This document shows, in pieces, positions 17,764-27,659 of a DNA stretch of 64,000 nt. The notes beneath the pieces were generated by a model. It saw only the letters and a list, made by a program, of their open reading frames with translations, ran no database searches and was not told the DNA's origin. Positions within the stretch are counted from its first letter, which is position 1, and each line of letters begins with the position of its first letter. Made by a program: the position numbers and the translations under genes. Source of the stretch: Gemmatimonadota bacterium (GTDB lineage: Bacteria; Gemmatimonadota; Gemmatimonadetes; Gemmatimonadales; Gemmatimonadaceae); contig JAZJZK010000014.1 in assembly GCA_040389905.1 (NCBI GenBank), forward strand, positions 128,001 through 192,000, written 5' to 3'.

Positions 17764-20469
17764 ATGACACCATCACGGTTCCTGCTCGCCGCCACGCTCG
17801 CCTGCGCTCCCCTCGGCCGTGCCGGCGCCCAGGACCCCCCGCCGCGCGCGCCCGGTGCGCCGCCCGCCGTCGCGCGTTCGATGTTCGACTCCGCCACGAC
17901 GATTCCGTGGTTCGCGCTCGGCGAATCGCCACTCGCGCTCCGTGGACCCGCGCGGCCCGGCGTGTTTGTCTCCGCCGTGGGCCGGCGCGCCATCGCGATG
18001 GGCACCGAGGACGGCCGGCTCGAGCTGTGGAGTTGGCCGCTCAAGTGGCTGCACGACTTCGAACTGTCATTCCGCGTCCCCAAGTACACCGAGCCGATAC
18101 TCGGACGCACCATCGCACAGTCGGTGACGGAGCGTCCGGAAGGCGTGACGATCGACTACGCGTACGAGCAGTTCACGGTGCGCGAGCACATCTTCGTGCC
18201 GCTCGACAAGCCCGCGATCGTCATCCTGCTCGAGGTGGACGCCATTCGTCCGCTCGACATCATCGCGCGGTTCAGCCCCGACATCCACTTCGCATGGCCC
18301 GCGTCACTCGGCGGACAGTATCTCATCTGGGAGCAGAACGCGCGCGCGTTCCTGTTCTCCGAGGCGAAGCGGTCCGTCAATGCGTTCATGGGCTCACCGG
18401 CGGTGACCGAGGCGAGCGACGTGCCCGCACACATGCTGTCGGCCGCGCCGCCGCAACTGGTGCTCGGCGTTGGCAGCGGGGCGCAGCGCTACACGGCGCC
18501 GCGGCTCGGCGAGCCACCGGGGCGCAACGTGAATGTGCGCGTGGCGTACATCCCCATCGTGCTCGCGGGCGGGCCAATGTCGCGCGACTCCGCGCTCGCG
18601 CTCTATCGCGAGCTCATCGCGCCCGGGGCCGCGGAGCGCGAGTGGAAGAAGCGCGTCGCACACGCGGACTCGCTGCGCACCACGATGTTCGCGCTGCGGT
18701 CGCCAGACACGGCGTTGAATCGCGCGGTGGAGTACGCGAAGGTGAACCTCGACGAGTCGTACGTCTGTAATCCCGACCTCGGTTGCGGCCTCGTCGCGGG
18801 TTACGGCCTTTCGGGCGCCGCCACGGACCGGCCGGGCTTCGGCTGGTTCTTCGGCGGCGACGCATCCATCAACTCGTTCGCGATGAATGGCGTTGGCCAG
18901 TCGTCACTCGTGCGCGACGGCGCGCTCCGGTTCTTCGCGAAGTTCCAGCGCGCCGATGGCAAGATCACGCACGAGATCTCGCAGGGCGCCGGACACGTGG
19001 ACTGGTTCAGTTATCCGTATCCCTACTATCACGGCGACACCACGCCATTCTGGATCCTCGCGTTCGGCGAGTATTGGCGCCAGTCGGGCGACTCCGCACT
19101 CGTGCGCGAGCTGTGGCCCAACCTCGAGCGCGCGTTCCGCTGGTCGCTCGCGACGGACAAGAACGGTGACGGCCTGATGGAGAATCCTTCAGCGGGCGCC
19201 GGCGCGCTCGAAGTGGGTGATCTCCAGGTCGGCATCCTCTCCGACGTCTACCTCAGCGGCGTGTGGGTCGCCGCGCTCGACCGCTTCGCCCGCTTGGCGG
19301 AGGCGCAGGGCCAGCCCGCGCTCGCGGCGCAGGCACGGCAGGTGCGCGCGAAGGCGCTCGCCACGATCGAGGGCACGCTGTGGATGCCGGCACTGGGCCA
19401 GTATGCCTTCGCGCTGCTCCAGGATGGCTCGGTGAACCCCAACCTCACCGCATGGGCCGCGACGGCGATGGCGTTCGGCATACTCGACCCCGCGCATGGC
19501 GCGGAAATGGCGGCCAAGCTGGCATCGTCGAGCGTGCTCACGGATTGGGGCGCCAGACCACTCAGCGCGACGAGCACGCTGTTCGACCCGCTGCACTACA
19601 ACAACGGCGCGGTGTGGCCGTTCGTCACCGGCTTCGTGTCGCTCGCGGAGTACGGCTATCACAACGCCGCGCCCGGCCTCTTCGCGCTCCAAGCGATTGC
19701 GCGAACGGGGTTCGACCATTCGCTCGGCCGGAATCCAGAGGTCATCTCCGGGCGTCTCTACAAACCGCTCGACACCGCGGTGCCGCAGCAGTTCTTCGCC
19801 ACGTCCATGGTGCTGACGCCGCTCATTCGCGGATTGCTCGGCATCGACGTGGATGCACCGCGGCGTCACGTGACGATCGCGCCGCACCTGCCGCCCGACT
19901 GGGATTCCGTGGCGGTGGATAACGTGCCCGTTGGCGCGGAGCGGCTTTCGTTCGTCGTTCGTCGCGGCACGGGGAGCATGACACTGTCCGTGAAGCGCCG
20001 CGGCGGAGATCGTGCGCCCCTCGGCATCGAGTTCGCGCCAGCCTTGCCGTTGGGCGCGCGCGTGTCGTCACCGAACGCGCAGGTACAGCGCACCGCGGGC
20101 GATGTGCACGTATCCGTGCGAGGACAGTTGTTCGATTCCACCGCGATGACCGTGACGTACCGGGGCGGCTGGAGCATCGTGCCACCCGTCATGCCGGCGG
20201 CGGTCGGGGCACGGTCGTCAGCGCCGAGGGTGGTGAGCGAGCGCCTGGGCGACGACGGGAGCTATCGCGTCGCGCTCGAGGGCCTGGCGGGGCGGTCGTA
20301 TTCGTTCCGCATTGTTGCGCCGGGCGTATTCGATGCGGCCCTCACGAATGGCGCGACGGCGGCGGTCGATCGGCAACGGGCGTCGGTTACCATCACGTTC
20401 GCGTCGGGTGTCGCCAACGCCGATGGCTACGTGCCGGCGACGATGACGTTGCGGGCGCGGGCTCAGTGA
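17764..20469 (+). CDS. Secreted (alpha/alpha)6 glycoside hydrolase (amylo-alpha-1,6-glucosidase/debranching-like)
   Basis: PGFGWFFGGDA, QRADGKITHE, DKNGDGLMEN, HYNNGAVWP. Confidence 0.8.
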   Translation: MTPSRFLLAATLACAPLGRAGAQDPPPRAPGAPPAVARSMFDSATTIPWFALGESPLALRGPARPGVFVSAVGRRAIAMGTEDGRLELWSWPLKWLHDFELSFRVPKYTEPILGRTIAQSVTERPEGVTIDYAYEQFTVREHIFVPLDKPAIVILLEVDAIRPLDIIARFSPDIHFAWPASLGGQYLIWEQNARAFLFSEAKRSVNAFMGSPAVTEASDVPAHMLSAAPPQLVLGVGSGAQRYTAPRLGEPPGRNVNVRVAYIPIVLAGGPMSRDSALALYRELIAPGAAEREWKKRVAHADSLRTTMFALRSPDTALNRAVEYAKVNLDESYVCNPDLGCGLVAGYGLSGAATDRPGFGWFFGGDASINSFAMNGVGQSSLVRDGALRFFAKFQRADGKITHEISQGAGHVDWFSYPYPYYHGDTTPFWILAFGEYWRQSGDSALVRELWPNLERAFRWSLATDKNGDGLMENPSAGAGALEVGDLQVGILSDVYLSGVWVAALDRFARLAEAQGQPALAAQARQVRAKALATIEGTLWMPALGQYAFALLQDGSVNPNLTAWAATAMAFGILDPAHGAEMAAKLASSSVLTDWGARPLSATSTLFDPLHYNNGAVWPFVTGFVSLAEYGYHNAAPGLFALQAIARTGFDHSLGRNPEVISGRLYKPLDTAVPQQFFATSMVLTPLIRGLLGIDVDAPRRHVTIAPHLPPDWDSVAVDNVPVGAERLSFVVRRGTGSMTLSVKRRGGDRAPLGIEFAPALPLGARVSSPNAQVQRTAGDVHVSVRGQLFDSTAMTVTYRGGWSIVPPVMPAAVGARSSAPRVVSERLGDDGSYRVALEGLAGRSYSFRIVAPGVFDAALTNGATAAVDRQRASVTITFASGVANADGYVPATMTLRARAQ

Positions 20470-20548
20470 TACGCCGGCCTGTCAAGGAATGATGCCCTGG
20501 TCTTGCGAGCATTGAATCGTTTAGAGCTGCGAACATCAGCGCGTTCGT

Positions 20549-22057
20549 TCAATCTGGCTTCGTCACCCGTTTGACGCGAAAATCGGTGCTCGACTCCGGA
20601 TTCACCCAATCATAGCCCTCGATGGGATAGAGCTGTCCGTCCGGGCCTCGAACGGTATTCGGAGGATCGCCCGGTACGCTCGTGGAGCCTACGGAGCGCG
20701 TAGTCGTCCGCGCCGTTTTTCGCTTAACACGCAAATCCGTACTCGACGACGGATCCACCCAGTCGTAGCCCTCGATAGGATACAGCTGACCGTCGACGCC
20801 ACGAACTGTATTCGGTGGATCCCGGTCCGAGACCGTAACCGTAGATTCCCGCGTTTGCACAGGCGCAGCCGTGGGGACGCGCGTCACCCGCAAGTCCGTA
20901 CTCGACGTCGGATTGACCCACGCATACCCCTCTACGGGATACAGCTGACCATCAACGCCGCGAACGGTGTGTTGTGGATCTTGGCCGCCATCACTTCCCC
21001 CGACGGTCGGAGAGGCTTCCGCAACCGCAACTCGCCTTACCCGGAAATCGGTGCTCGAATTCTCATCGACCCAGGCGTACCCCTGGATGGGATAGAGCTG
21101 GCCATCGACGCCACGCACGGTATTTGGCGGGTCCCCCGTTGGCGTCGGAGACGTCCCGGACGGCGACGTTCGTCCCGCCACGGCGACTACGACGTCGCGA
21201 AATCCGCCGCTTCGCGGCCCGTACTGCTCGAGCAAGTGCGTCCAGCTTCTCTGTGCGCGAGCGATCTGGACGGCGCACGCGTCCGCTCTCGCCCTTGGAA
21301 TTGCGCTCAGGTTCATTCCCGGACGCAGATTCGTCCAACAATCCAGGCGGGCGGCCCTCTGCGCATCGAGTCCGTGGACGTCGATCACGCGCTCGTACGT
21401 CCATTCTTCACTTTGCGCCATCGCACGAAAGACGAGACTCGCGGACATCAGGCCAATCCAATCCTGGGCGCGAGCGAGCATCCACCCTGCGAACTCGTCG
21501 GCAGCCGGGTCTTCATCGCCGGTAATTGGCAGATTGTATCGCGCTATGACCGCGTGACCAATCTCGTGCGCAAGCCAGAATCTCGTTCCGTGCACGGCCG
21601 TTCTCAGCGGGTTGCCGTCGCTGGCGGGTTGCTTCCGCTGCATGTCGAGCAGAAGCTCGGCGCAAACGAGCACCTCATCCGCGCGCGGTCTGTAGAACGC
21701 ATTCGAGAGTCCGCACGGACGCACCGTGAATCGCAGTGCAGGCATGTGGACCGTTCTCTGAAGCGTTTGCACAATGATATCCACCGCGCCTTCCTTCACC
21801 GCATCGAGGATCCTGTTGATCGGCTCTTCCTCGTCCGGCGAGCGATAACGCACGGTGTCCCGAAGATCGGCGCTGATCCAATACTTTGCATTGCCTTTCC
21901 GCACACTCGTCGATGACGGGGACTGCTGACCGGCAATCGGCCGGGCAGTCGCAGCGATCACAAATAATAGGATCGACAGCAACAACCCGAGCCTCGTGAT
22001 TCGCTCGAGGCCATGATGGAGAGATCGGCCGGGGAGGCTAGTAGTACTGTCGCACAT
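20549..22057 (-). CDS. Secreted HExxH metallopeptidase-like protein (DUF4344-like) with four C-terminal repeats
   Basis: CGLSNAFY, VLVCAELL, LAHEIGHAVI, LPITGDEDPAADEFA, DVHGLDAQR; hydrophobic N-terminus. Start uncertain. Confidence 0.75.
   Translation of the reverse strand: MCDSTTSLPGRSLHHGLERITRLGLLLSILLFVIAATARPIAGQQSPSSTSVRKGNAKYWISADLRDTVRYRSPDEEEPINRILDAVKEGAVDIIVQTLQRTVHMPALRFTVRPCGLSNAFYRPRADEVLVCAELLLDMQRKQPASDGNPLRTAVHGTRFWLAHEIGHAVIARYNLPITGDEDPAADEFAGWMLARAQDWIGLMSASLVFRAMAQSEEWTYERVIDVHGLDAQRAARLDCWTNLRPGMNLSAIPRARADACAVQIARAQRSWTHLLEQYGPRSGGFRDVVVAVAGRTSPSGTSPTPTGDPPNTVRGVDGQLYPIQGYAWVDENSSTDFRVRRVAVAEASPTVGGSDGGQDPQHTVRGVDGQLYPVEGYAWVNPTSSTDLRVTRVPTAAPVQTRESTVTVSDRDPPNTVRGVDGQLYPIEGYDWVDPSSSTDLRVKRKTARTTTRSVGSTSVPGDPPNTVRGPDGQLYPIEGYDWVNPESSTDFRVKRVTKPD
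20564..21133 (-). repeat. Four copies of a ~35-aa coding repeat
   Basis: DPPNTVRGVDGQLYPIxGYxWVxxxSSTDxRVxR x4, separated by S/T-rich linkers. Confidence 0.9.
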
Positions 22058-25001
22058 ACCCGTAGGCCTTCTCGAACAGCTCGACATCCTGGTGCAACTG
22101 ATACTTGAGCAGACTGCGCCTGAGCGCGGCTTTGACTTGGCGCTCGCCGGCGGTCGTTTGCTGCCAACCAGGGAAGCGCACGAGCCTCACGATCTCGTCG
22201 ATATCTGCAACGATGCGTTCGACGACAATCGGCGTGCTGGAATTCCGCACCTGCTGAAAGAGCTCCGTCAACGCCGCCTTCGCCCGATCCTCATCCGCCT
22301 CTGCGGGCGTTTCGTTTTCGGTCGCCACGAGATCGCGGGCCAACTCGAGGAGGCTCTTCAGAAAGTCGATGCTGTTGAGCAATCCGCGCTCGTGACGCTC
22401 CTTCAACGCTTCCAATCGTTCAGAGAGCTGCTTGTATTGCGGGTTGCCCATGTGTTTGCGCAGACGCGCGATCAGCTTGGTTTCGAATTCCTTCGCGCGC
22501 TTGTTCGGATCCGGCGATCCCATCACCGCTTCCAGCAACTCCGCATCGACGACCAGCGTCTCAAGATCGTCGCGCACGGCATCGACGTGCACATTCTGGT
22601 GAATGAGCTCGATCGTCTTGGCGCCGAGCGCGTGCCAGATCAGCTTGCCCGTTCCGCTCGTGGGCTGCACGGAGACGTACACCTGCGTGAGCCAGCGATA
22701 GTCGGTCTCGAACGCTGACAAGACGGGATCCGGCGAGATGGCCTCCCACAGCTTGCCGAGCACGGAATACTCGGCGGCGAACGCATCGCGGACATCGTTG
22801 TTCGGTAGGCACTCCTGCGCGGCCATCAAGCCCTCGTAGCCGGAGTGCGTCCGGTCCACACCGGGGAAGAAGGCCATGCACTTCTGCATCGCCTCCGGCA
22901 GTTGCGACTTGAGTCCTTCAATGTTGCCGACGACGCTCTGGAAACCCTTCTCATCGAACTCGATGGCCTTGGCCACATCGTCGAAGACGCCGAGATAATC
23001 GACGATGATGCCGTGTGTCTTGGTATCGCTGTAGGTGCGGTTGGTGCGACAGATGGCCTGAAGCAGCGTGTGATCGCGCATCGGTTTGTCGAGATACATC
23101 GCCTGGAGAATCGGCGCGTCGAAGCCGGTGAGGAGCTTCGCGGTGACAATGAGAAGCGACAGCGGATCGTTGGGATCTCGGAAGCGGTCGAGGAGCTTCT
23201 CCTCTTCGTCGCGCCCGCGAGCGTACGGCTTGAAACGCTCGTCATTCCCGCTGGCGGAGATGACGATCTCGCTCGCCTCTGGCGGAAGCAGTTGATCGAG
23301 CGCGGCCTTGTAGAGTAGGCAACACTCCTGATCGAAGGTGACAACCATCCCCTTGAAACCATTCGGGGCAACGGACTCCTGGAAGTGCTTCGCGATATCC
23401 GCGCAGACCTTGCTGACGCGATCTGGAACCTTCACCAGCACGGCCATCTTCGACGCGGCCTTCGCAAGGTTGTCCTTGTCCAGGTCCGACAGATCGCCGG
23501 TGAGCGCGTGGTACGCCTGATCGATTGCGGCTTTGTCGATATGGAGGTCGACGAGACGAGGCTCGAAGTGCAGCGGGAGTGTGGCGCCGTCGCGAATGGA
23601 CTCCTCGAAACCATACCGGCTCATGTAGCCCTTCGCGTCCTCCTCGGCGCCGAACGCATAGTACGTGTTCTTGTCGCGCCGGTTGATCGGGGTACCGGTG
23701 AGTCCGAACAGGAAGGCATTCGGAAGTGCGGCGCGCATCTTCATGCCAAGGTCGCCTTCCTGCGTGCGGTGCGCTTCATCGACCAGTGCGACGATGTTGC
23801 TGCTCTCGTTGAGGACACCGCCTGCTTCGCCGAACTTGAAGATGGTGGTGATGATGATCTTTCGCGTGTCCTGCTTGAGCAACACGCGCAAATCCTCGCG
23901 CGTCTCCGCCTTCACGAGATTCGGGACGTCAGACGCGTGGAAGGTGGAGCTGATCTGCGCATCGAGGTCAATGCGGTCGACGATGATGAGGACGGCGGGA
24001 TTGCCGAGCGCGGGCTGCATGCGAAGCTTCTGCGCGGCGAAGACCATGAGGAGCGACTTGCCGGAGCCCTGGAAGTGCCAGATGAGGCCCTTGCGCGGCT
24101 GGCCGGCCAAGACGCGCTGGACGATCATGTTCGCCGCTTCGTACTGCTGGTAGCGACAGACGACCTTGATGCGGCGCTTGTTCTTGTCGGTGGCGTAGAG
24201 CGTGAAGTGGGCGAGGATGTCGAGCAGTACCGACGGTCTTAGAAGTCCGTTGACCGCCGCCTTGAGGCCGGCGAGTGTGCCCGGAGCGGCGGAAGAGTGA
24301 TCGCGCCACGGACCCCAGAGATTCACGGGCATTCGCACGGAGCCGTACATCAGCTCCTTCCCCTCTGTGGCAACGCTGACGACGTTGGCGACGAACAGCT
24401 CGGGGACGTTCTTCTCGTAGTCGTCGTGGAGTTGGAGCGCGCCGTCGAGCCAACTCACGGCGTGGCGGACGGGGGTCTTGGCTTCGATGACGACGAGTGG
24501 GAAGCCGTTGACGAGCAGCACCAAATCGGCGCGACGTTCGGACTTGCCGGCGCGGAAGGTGAACTGGCTGGTGACGACGTAGTGGTTGTTCTCGAGGTTC
24601 TCCAAATCGATGAGGCGAACGGTGACGTGCTCGTTGTTCTCCCCGAATGGCATCGAGCGATCGCCGCGGAGCCATGCAGTCAGTTCCTCGTTGGCCTTGA
24701 TGAGGCCATCGGAGCGGACGCTCAGCAGGATTGCGCGGAGCTTGTAGAGGACTTCGTCGGTGCGATCGGGGTCGGCTTCTATTTCAGGGTTGAGACGGAC
24801 AAGTGCGTCGCGGATCCAGTCTTCGACGAATACTTCGTGGTGCTGGCGGGGGATGACGGAGGGCGCGAGGTAGTGCCAGCCGAGGCCGGAGATCTTGCCG
24901 GCGTGGTGCGCGAGGCCAGGGCCGGCGGCGGTGTGGTGGACTACGCCGCCGCAGAGGAGGTCGCGGACGAGGTTCTCGACTGTGGACGCCTCAGTGAACA
25001 T
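22038..25001 (-). CDS. hsdR: Type I restriction endonuclease subunit R
   Basis: RADLVLLVNGFPLVVIEAK (PD-ExK), WHFQGSGKS, VDEAHR, GLTGTP, LLTGFDAP, QAICRTNR. Confidence 0.96.
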   Translation of the reverse strand: MFTEASTVENLVRDLLCGGVVHHTAAGPGLAHHAGKISGLGWHYLAPSVIPRQHHEVFVEDWIRDALVRLNPEIEADPDRTDEVLYKLRAILLSVRSDGLIKANEELTAWLRGDRSMPFGENNEHVTVRLIDLENLENNHYVVTSQFTFRAGKSERRADLVLLVNGFPLVVIEAKTPVRHAVSWLDGALQLHDDYEKNVPELFVANVVSVATEGKELMYGSVRMPVNLWGPWRDHSSAAPGTLAGLKAAVNGLLRPSVLLDILAHFTLYATDKNKRRIKVVCRYQQYEAANMIVQRVLAGQPRKGLIWHFQGSGKSLLMVFAAQKLRMQPALGNPAVLIIVDRIDLDAQISSTFHASDVPNLVKAETREDLRVLLKQDTRKIIITTIFKFGEAGGVLNESSNIVALVDEAHRTQEGDLGMKMRAALPNAFLFGLTGTPINRRDKNTYYAFGAEEDAKGYMSRYGFEESIRDGATLPLHFEPRLVDLHIDKAAIDQAYHALTGDLSDLDKDNLAKAASKMAVLVKVPDRVSKVCADIAKHFQESVAPNGFKGMVVTFDQECCLLYKAALDQLLPPEASEIVISASGNDERFKPYARGRDEEEKLLDRFRDPNDPLSLLIVTAKLLTGFDAPILQAMYLDKPMRDHTLLQAICRTNRTYSDTKTHGIIVDYLGVFDDVAKAIEFDEKGFQSVVGNIEGLKSQLPEAMQKCMAFFPGVDRTHSGYEGLMAAQECLPNNDVRDAFAAEYSVLGKLWEAISPDPVLSAFETDYRWLTQVYVSVQPTSGTGKLIWHALGAKTIELIHQNVHVDAVRDDLETLVVDAELLEAVMGSPDPNKRAKEFETKLIARLRKHMGNPQYKQLSERLEALKERHERGLLNSIDFLKSLLELARDLVATENETPAEADEDRAKAALTELFQQVRNSSTPIVVERIVADIDEIVRLVRFPGWQQTTAGERQVKAALRRSLLKYQLHQDVELFEKAYGYVRQYY

Positions 25002-26196
25002 CGCGGACAATCCCGAGCATATTCACGGCTTTCCTTGTGAGAGACTTGATCTCGCGTTCATGCACGTCAATCACGTCTCGCGCGCGCTCCTGTCTACGCA
25101 GCTCTTCCAGAATCCGTCGCTGTTCATCGAGAGGAGGTGCGGGCAAGAGAAGTTGAGCGAACCGCACTGCCGTCAAGTGTGCGATTGACGTTGTCTGTAC
25201 AGCAACTTTGGCAAACTGCCCGGAATAGAGCATGTGCTGAAAAAACGCCTGTACAAATTCCGGAAGTAACCGTGGGCCACAGCGAAACCGAATAAGGGTC
25301 TTCTGAAAGCATGCGCCCGTTATCTCCCCACGATAGATGCAGCTTCGCCCGACAAGTTCGATACTCTGTCCTTCGTTCAGAAGGATGTCTCCTGCGCGAA
25401 GTTGAAACTTCGACATTGCGTCGCGTGGGAAATGCATCGAAAGCACGTTACTCACGTCTAGCCAACCATCCATGACATTCGCCACCCTTAAGTAAGGGCG
25501 AACGTTGCTGCCGCTTTCGAATGACGGATGACGCTGTTGGCCGAGCTGCACATCCCCCGCCTCTCGAACAGCAAGAACTTCCCAATGCGCGGGAAACACA
25601 TCTCGGGATCCTCTGGCGGGACGGAAGAGGCTAACAAGATATGATCGTCGAAGGCGCTCCGCTTCGTCACGTGCGGCGCGAGCAGCGTTGACAGTTGCGG
25701 TGGCCGCGGTAAGGAGGCTGGTCAAGCGAACCTGGTCCTCCATCGATGGCAGCGTGAACTCATACCACGCGAGATCCGAGAAATTTACATAGGGGTTGAC
25801 GGAGCCCTTAGATTCGCGTTTCGAGTGAGCGTGAAAACCGTCGGTCTGCATAACAAACGGGAGCAGCGCGGGCAACAACACGCTCGGGTCTGCAGACTCG
25901 AGAACAAAAGTTGTATTGGCGCAAACGCCATCAAAGTCAGCAAGTGCGACCTTTCGCAAGTACGTGCGCCTTGACCCATAGAGTACGTGACCCGGGCGAA
26001 ATCGCGCGTGGAATGCCGGACCGAGATACCCCGCACCGATTTCGCCCCAACTGCGAATGCGCAGATCATCTGTATCCATGTGTTCACCGGCGACGAATCG
26101 CTCTAGCCCTGATGTCTCAGGATCCACGCGCTCCTTCACTTGGCGCGCGACATCGCCAAACTTCACGCGCGTCCAACCCGGCTTGAGGTCAGACAC
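24991..26196 (-). CDS. hsdS: Type I specificity subunit S
   Basis: Two TRDs with conserved PGWTRVKFGD, LPSMEDQ, FPAHWEV, PAPPLDEQRRI. Confidence 0.93.
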   Translation of the reverse strand: MSDLKPGWTRVKFGDVARQVKERVDPETSGLERFVAGEHMDTDDLRIRSWGEIGAGYLGPAFHARFRPGHVLYGSRRTYLRKVALADFDGVCANTTFVLESADPSVLLPALLPFVMQTDGFHAHSKRESKGSVNPYVNFSDLAWYEFTLPSMEDQVRLTSLLTAATATVNAARAARDEAERLRRSYLVSLFRPARGSRDVFPAHWEVLAVREAGDVQLGQQRHPSFESGSNVRPYLRVANVMDGWLDVSNVLSMHFPRDAMSKFQLRAGDILLNEGQSIELVGRSCIYRGEITGACFQKTLIRFRCGPRLLPEFVQAFFQHMLYSGQFAKVAVQTTSIAHLTAVRFAQLLLPAPPLDEQRRILEELRRQERARDVIDVHEREIKSLTRKAVNMLGIVRDVH

Positions 26197-27283
26197 GCGC
26201 GGTTTCCTCCGCCCAAGCGTAGCGCACCTTGAGCCCGTTCATTTGCGCATGCGTGATGAACCGATCGTGTTGCATCCGCCCGACGAGGATTCCCGGCGCA
26301 ACACCCACCTGCCCCGCATACGCCGAGACTTCGGCCTCGGTTCGAAGCAACTGTAGCTGACTTGCATGCTCCGGCGGCACCAGTACATCTGCCGCAAAGC
26401 GATTTGCCTCGTCCTCTTTGTCCTGATCGAGACCATCCAGTCCTTCGATGACGAGCAACTTCTTGCCATGCTTGATGAGATGCGCCGCCTCATGGAAGAA
26501 GCTGAACCACAGCTGGTCATTGCTCTTGTACCGGACGCTCAACGCAAGCAGCGCCTTGTCGCTCGTCAGCCAGCGTGTCGCCCCGTGTATGGGGCATCCG
26601 GGCGGCGCAGGCACAAATACCACCGCCACGCCACATGCCGCGCACAGCGACTGAAGCTGCGGTACGAACACTTGCGGGTCAGCTTCCGCCGCAAGAGCAC
26701 GAATACTGACGAGCGCCTCGCGAAACGCACTCACGTTGAATGGTGCACAATCAATGGTCGCCGCCTCGAGCTCCGCCGCCCGCAACCAGGCCGCGACCGC
26801 ACCCAGACGCTTGTCCACCTTCACCGATGCGCGAAAGGCCGCCAACGGCTGCGCGTACGTCTCACGCCACGCCGGCACTGAGGCAACGCCGAACCAGCGC
26901 AATAGTGCATCTACCTTGGCAGGCTTGGACGCCACGGACGCGATCAGTCCGCGCGACACCATCCACGCCACCGGGAGCTCGGCAAGCCAGCCCGCGTCCG
27001 CAGCGTGCGCTTCGAGCGCCCTCTCGTGCTCGAGGCCAGCGCGGTACTTCGCTTCGCGCGTCAGCCAAAACTCAGTCGTGCTACCGAGCACCGTGCTGAG
27101 ACGCTGCGCTGCCTCGGGGGAGATAGGGACCTTCCCGCGCACCAGATCGTTCACGTGCTTTTTGGTGAATCCGGTGCGCGTCGCGAGGTCCTGCTGCGAC
27201 CAGCCGCGCTCCTCCAGGAGGTCGGCGATCGTATCGCCCGGCACCGACACCCAGTCGGGGCGGAATGGGCGGGGGTCAGTCAT
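26189..27283 (-). CDS. higA: HigA-type HTH antitoxin fused to an ImmA/IrrE (M78) metallopeptidase domain
   Basis: PGDTIADLLEERGWSQQDLA Xre-type HTH; WFSFFHEAAHL; EDEANRFA. Confidence 0.88.
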   Translation of the reverse strand: MTDPRPFRPDWVSVPGDTIADLLEERGWSQQDLATRTGFTKKHVNDLVRGKVPISPEAAQRLSTVLGSTTEFWLTREAKYRAGLEHERALEAHAADAGWLAELPVAWMVSRGLIASVASKPAKVDALLRWFGVASVPAWRETYAQPLAAFRASVKVDKRLGAVAAWLRAAELEAATIDCAPFNVSAFREALVSIRALAAEADPQVFVPQLQSLCAACGVAVVFVPAPPGCPIHGATRWLTSDKALLALSVRYKSNDQLWFSFFHEAAHLIKHGKKLLVIEGLDGLDQDKEDEANRFAADVLVPPEHASQLQLLRTEAEVSAYAGQVGVAPGILVGRMQHDRFITHAQMNGLKVRYAWAEETARV

Positions 27284-27605
27284 GATAATCTCCGATGTAC
27301 GTAATGCGGACGCGGGTCACGCGCTGCCAGTCGATCGAGCCGTCAGCACGGACCGGCGTTGGCGTATCCGCGGGCTCGAACACGAGGCGACGACCACCGT
27401 CGAGGTCGAGCGCAAACTCACCGGCGCGATCGCCTTTGAGGGGATGGGGCCGCCCTGCGACGAGCTCGGACACGCGGGATACAGCGTCGAGATCGGCCAG
27501 ACGCGACCGGAGCTTCTTTGCTCCCACCGCGCCCAGCCGTTTGTTCTGCGTGCGCTCGGTGGAGCACAACGCTTCCAGATCATTGTTCCCAAAAAGTATA
27601 TCCAA
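27276..27605 (-). CDS. higB: HigB/RelE-family toxin
   Basis: GRPHPLKGDRAGEFALDLDGGRRLVFEP, ITYIGDYHD. Probable TTG start at 27605. Confidence 0.85.
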   Translation of the reverse strand: MDILFGNNDLEALCSTERTQNKRLGAVGAKKLRSRLADLDAVSRVSELVAGRPHPLKGDRAGEFALDLDGGRRLVFEPADTPTPVRADGSIDWQRVTRVRITYIGDYHD

Positions 27606-27629
27606 CCGGTGGGCTCCACGCAAGATATT

Positions 27630-27648
27630 GTTCACCAATTCGGTGAAC
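27630..27648. promoter_or_regulatory. Palindromic operator upstream of higB
   Basis: GTTCACC-N5-GGTGAAC in the only intergenic gap of the RM operon. Confidence 0.65.
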
Positions 27649-27659
27649 GCTTTCCTTGG

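Noticed and set aside
20564..21133. Repeat-spacer-like DNA pattern
   Set aside because: The repeats are in-frame protein repeats with synonymous variation, not CRISPR.
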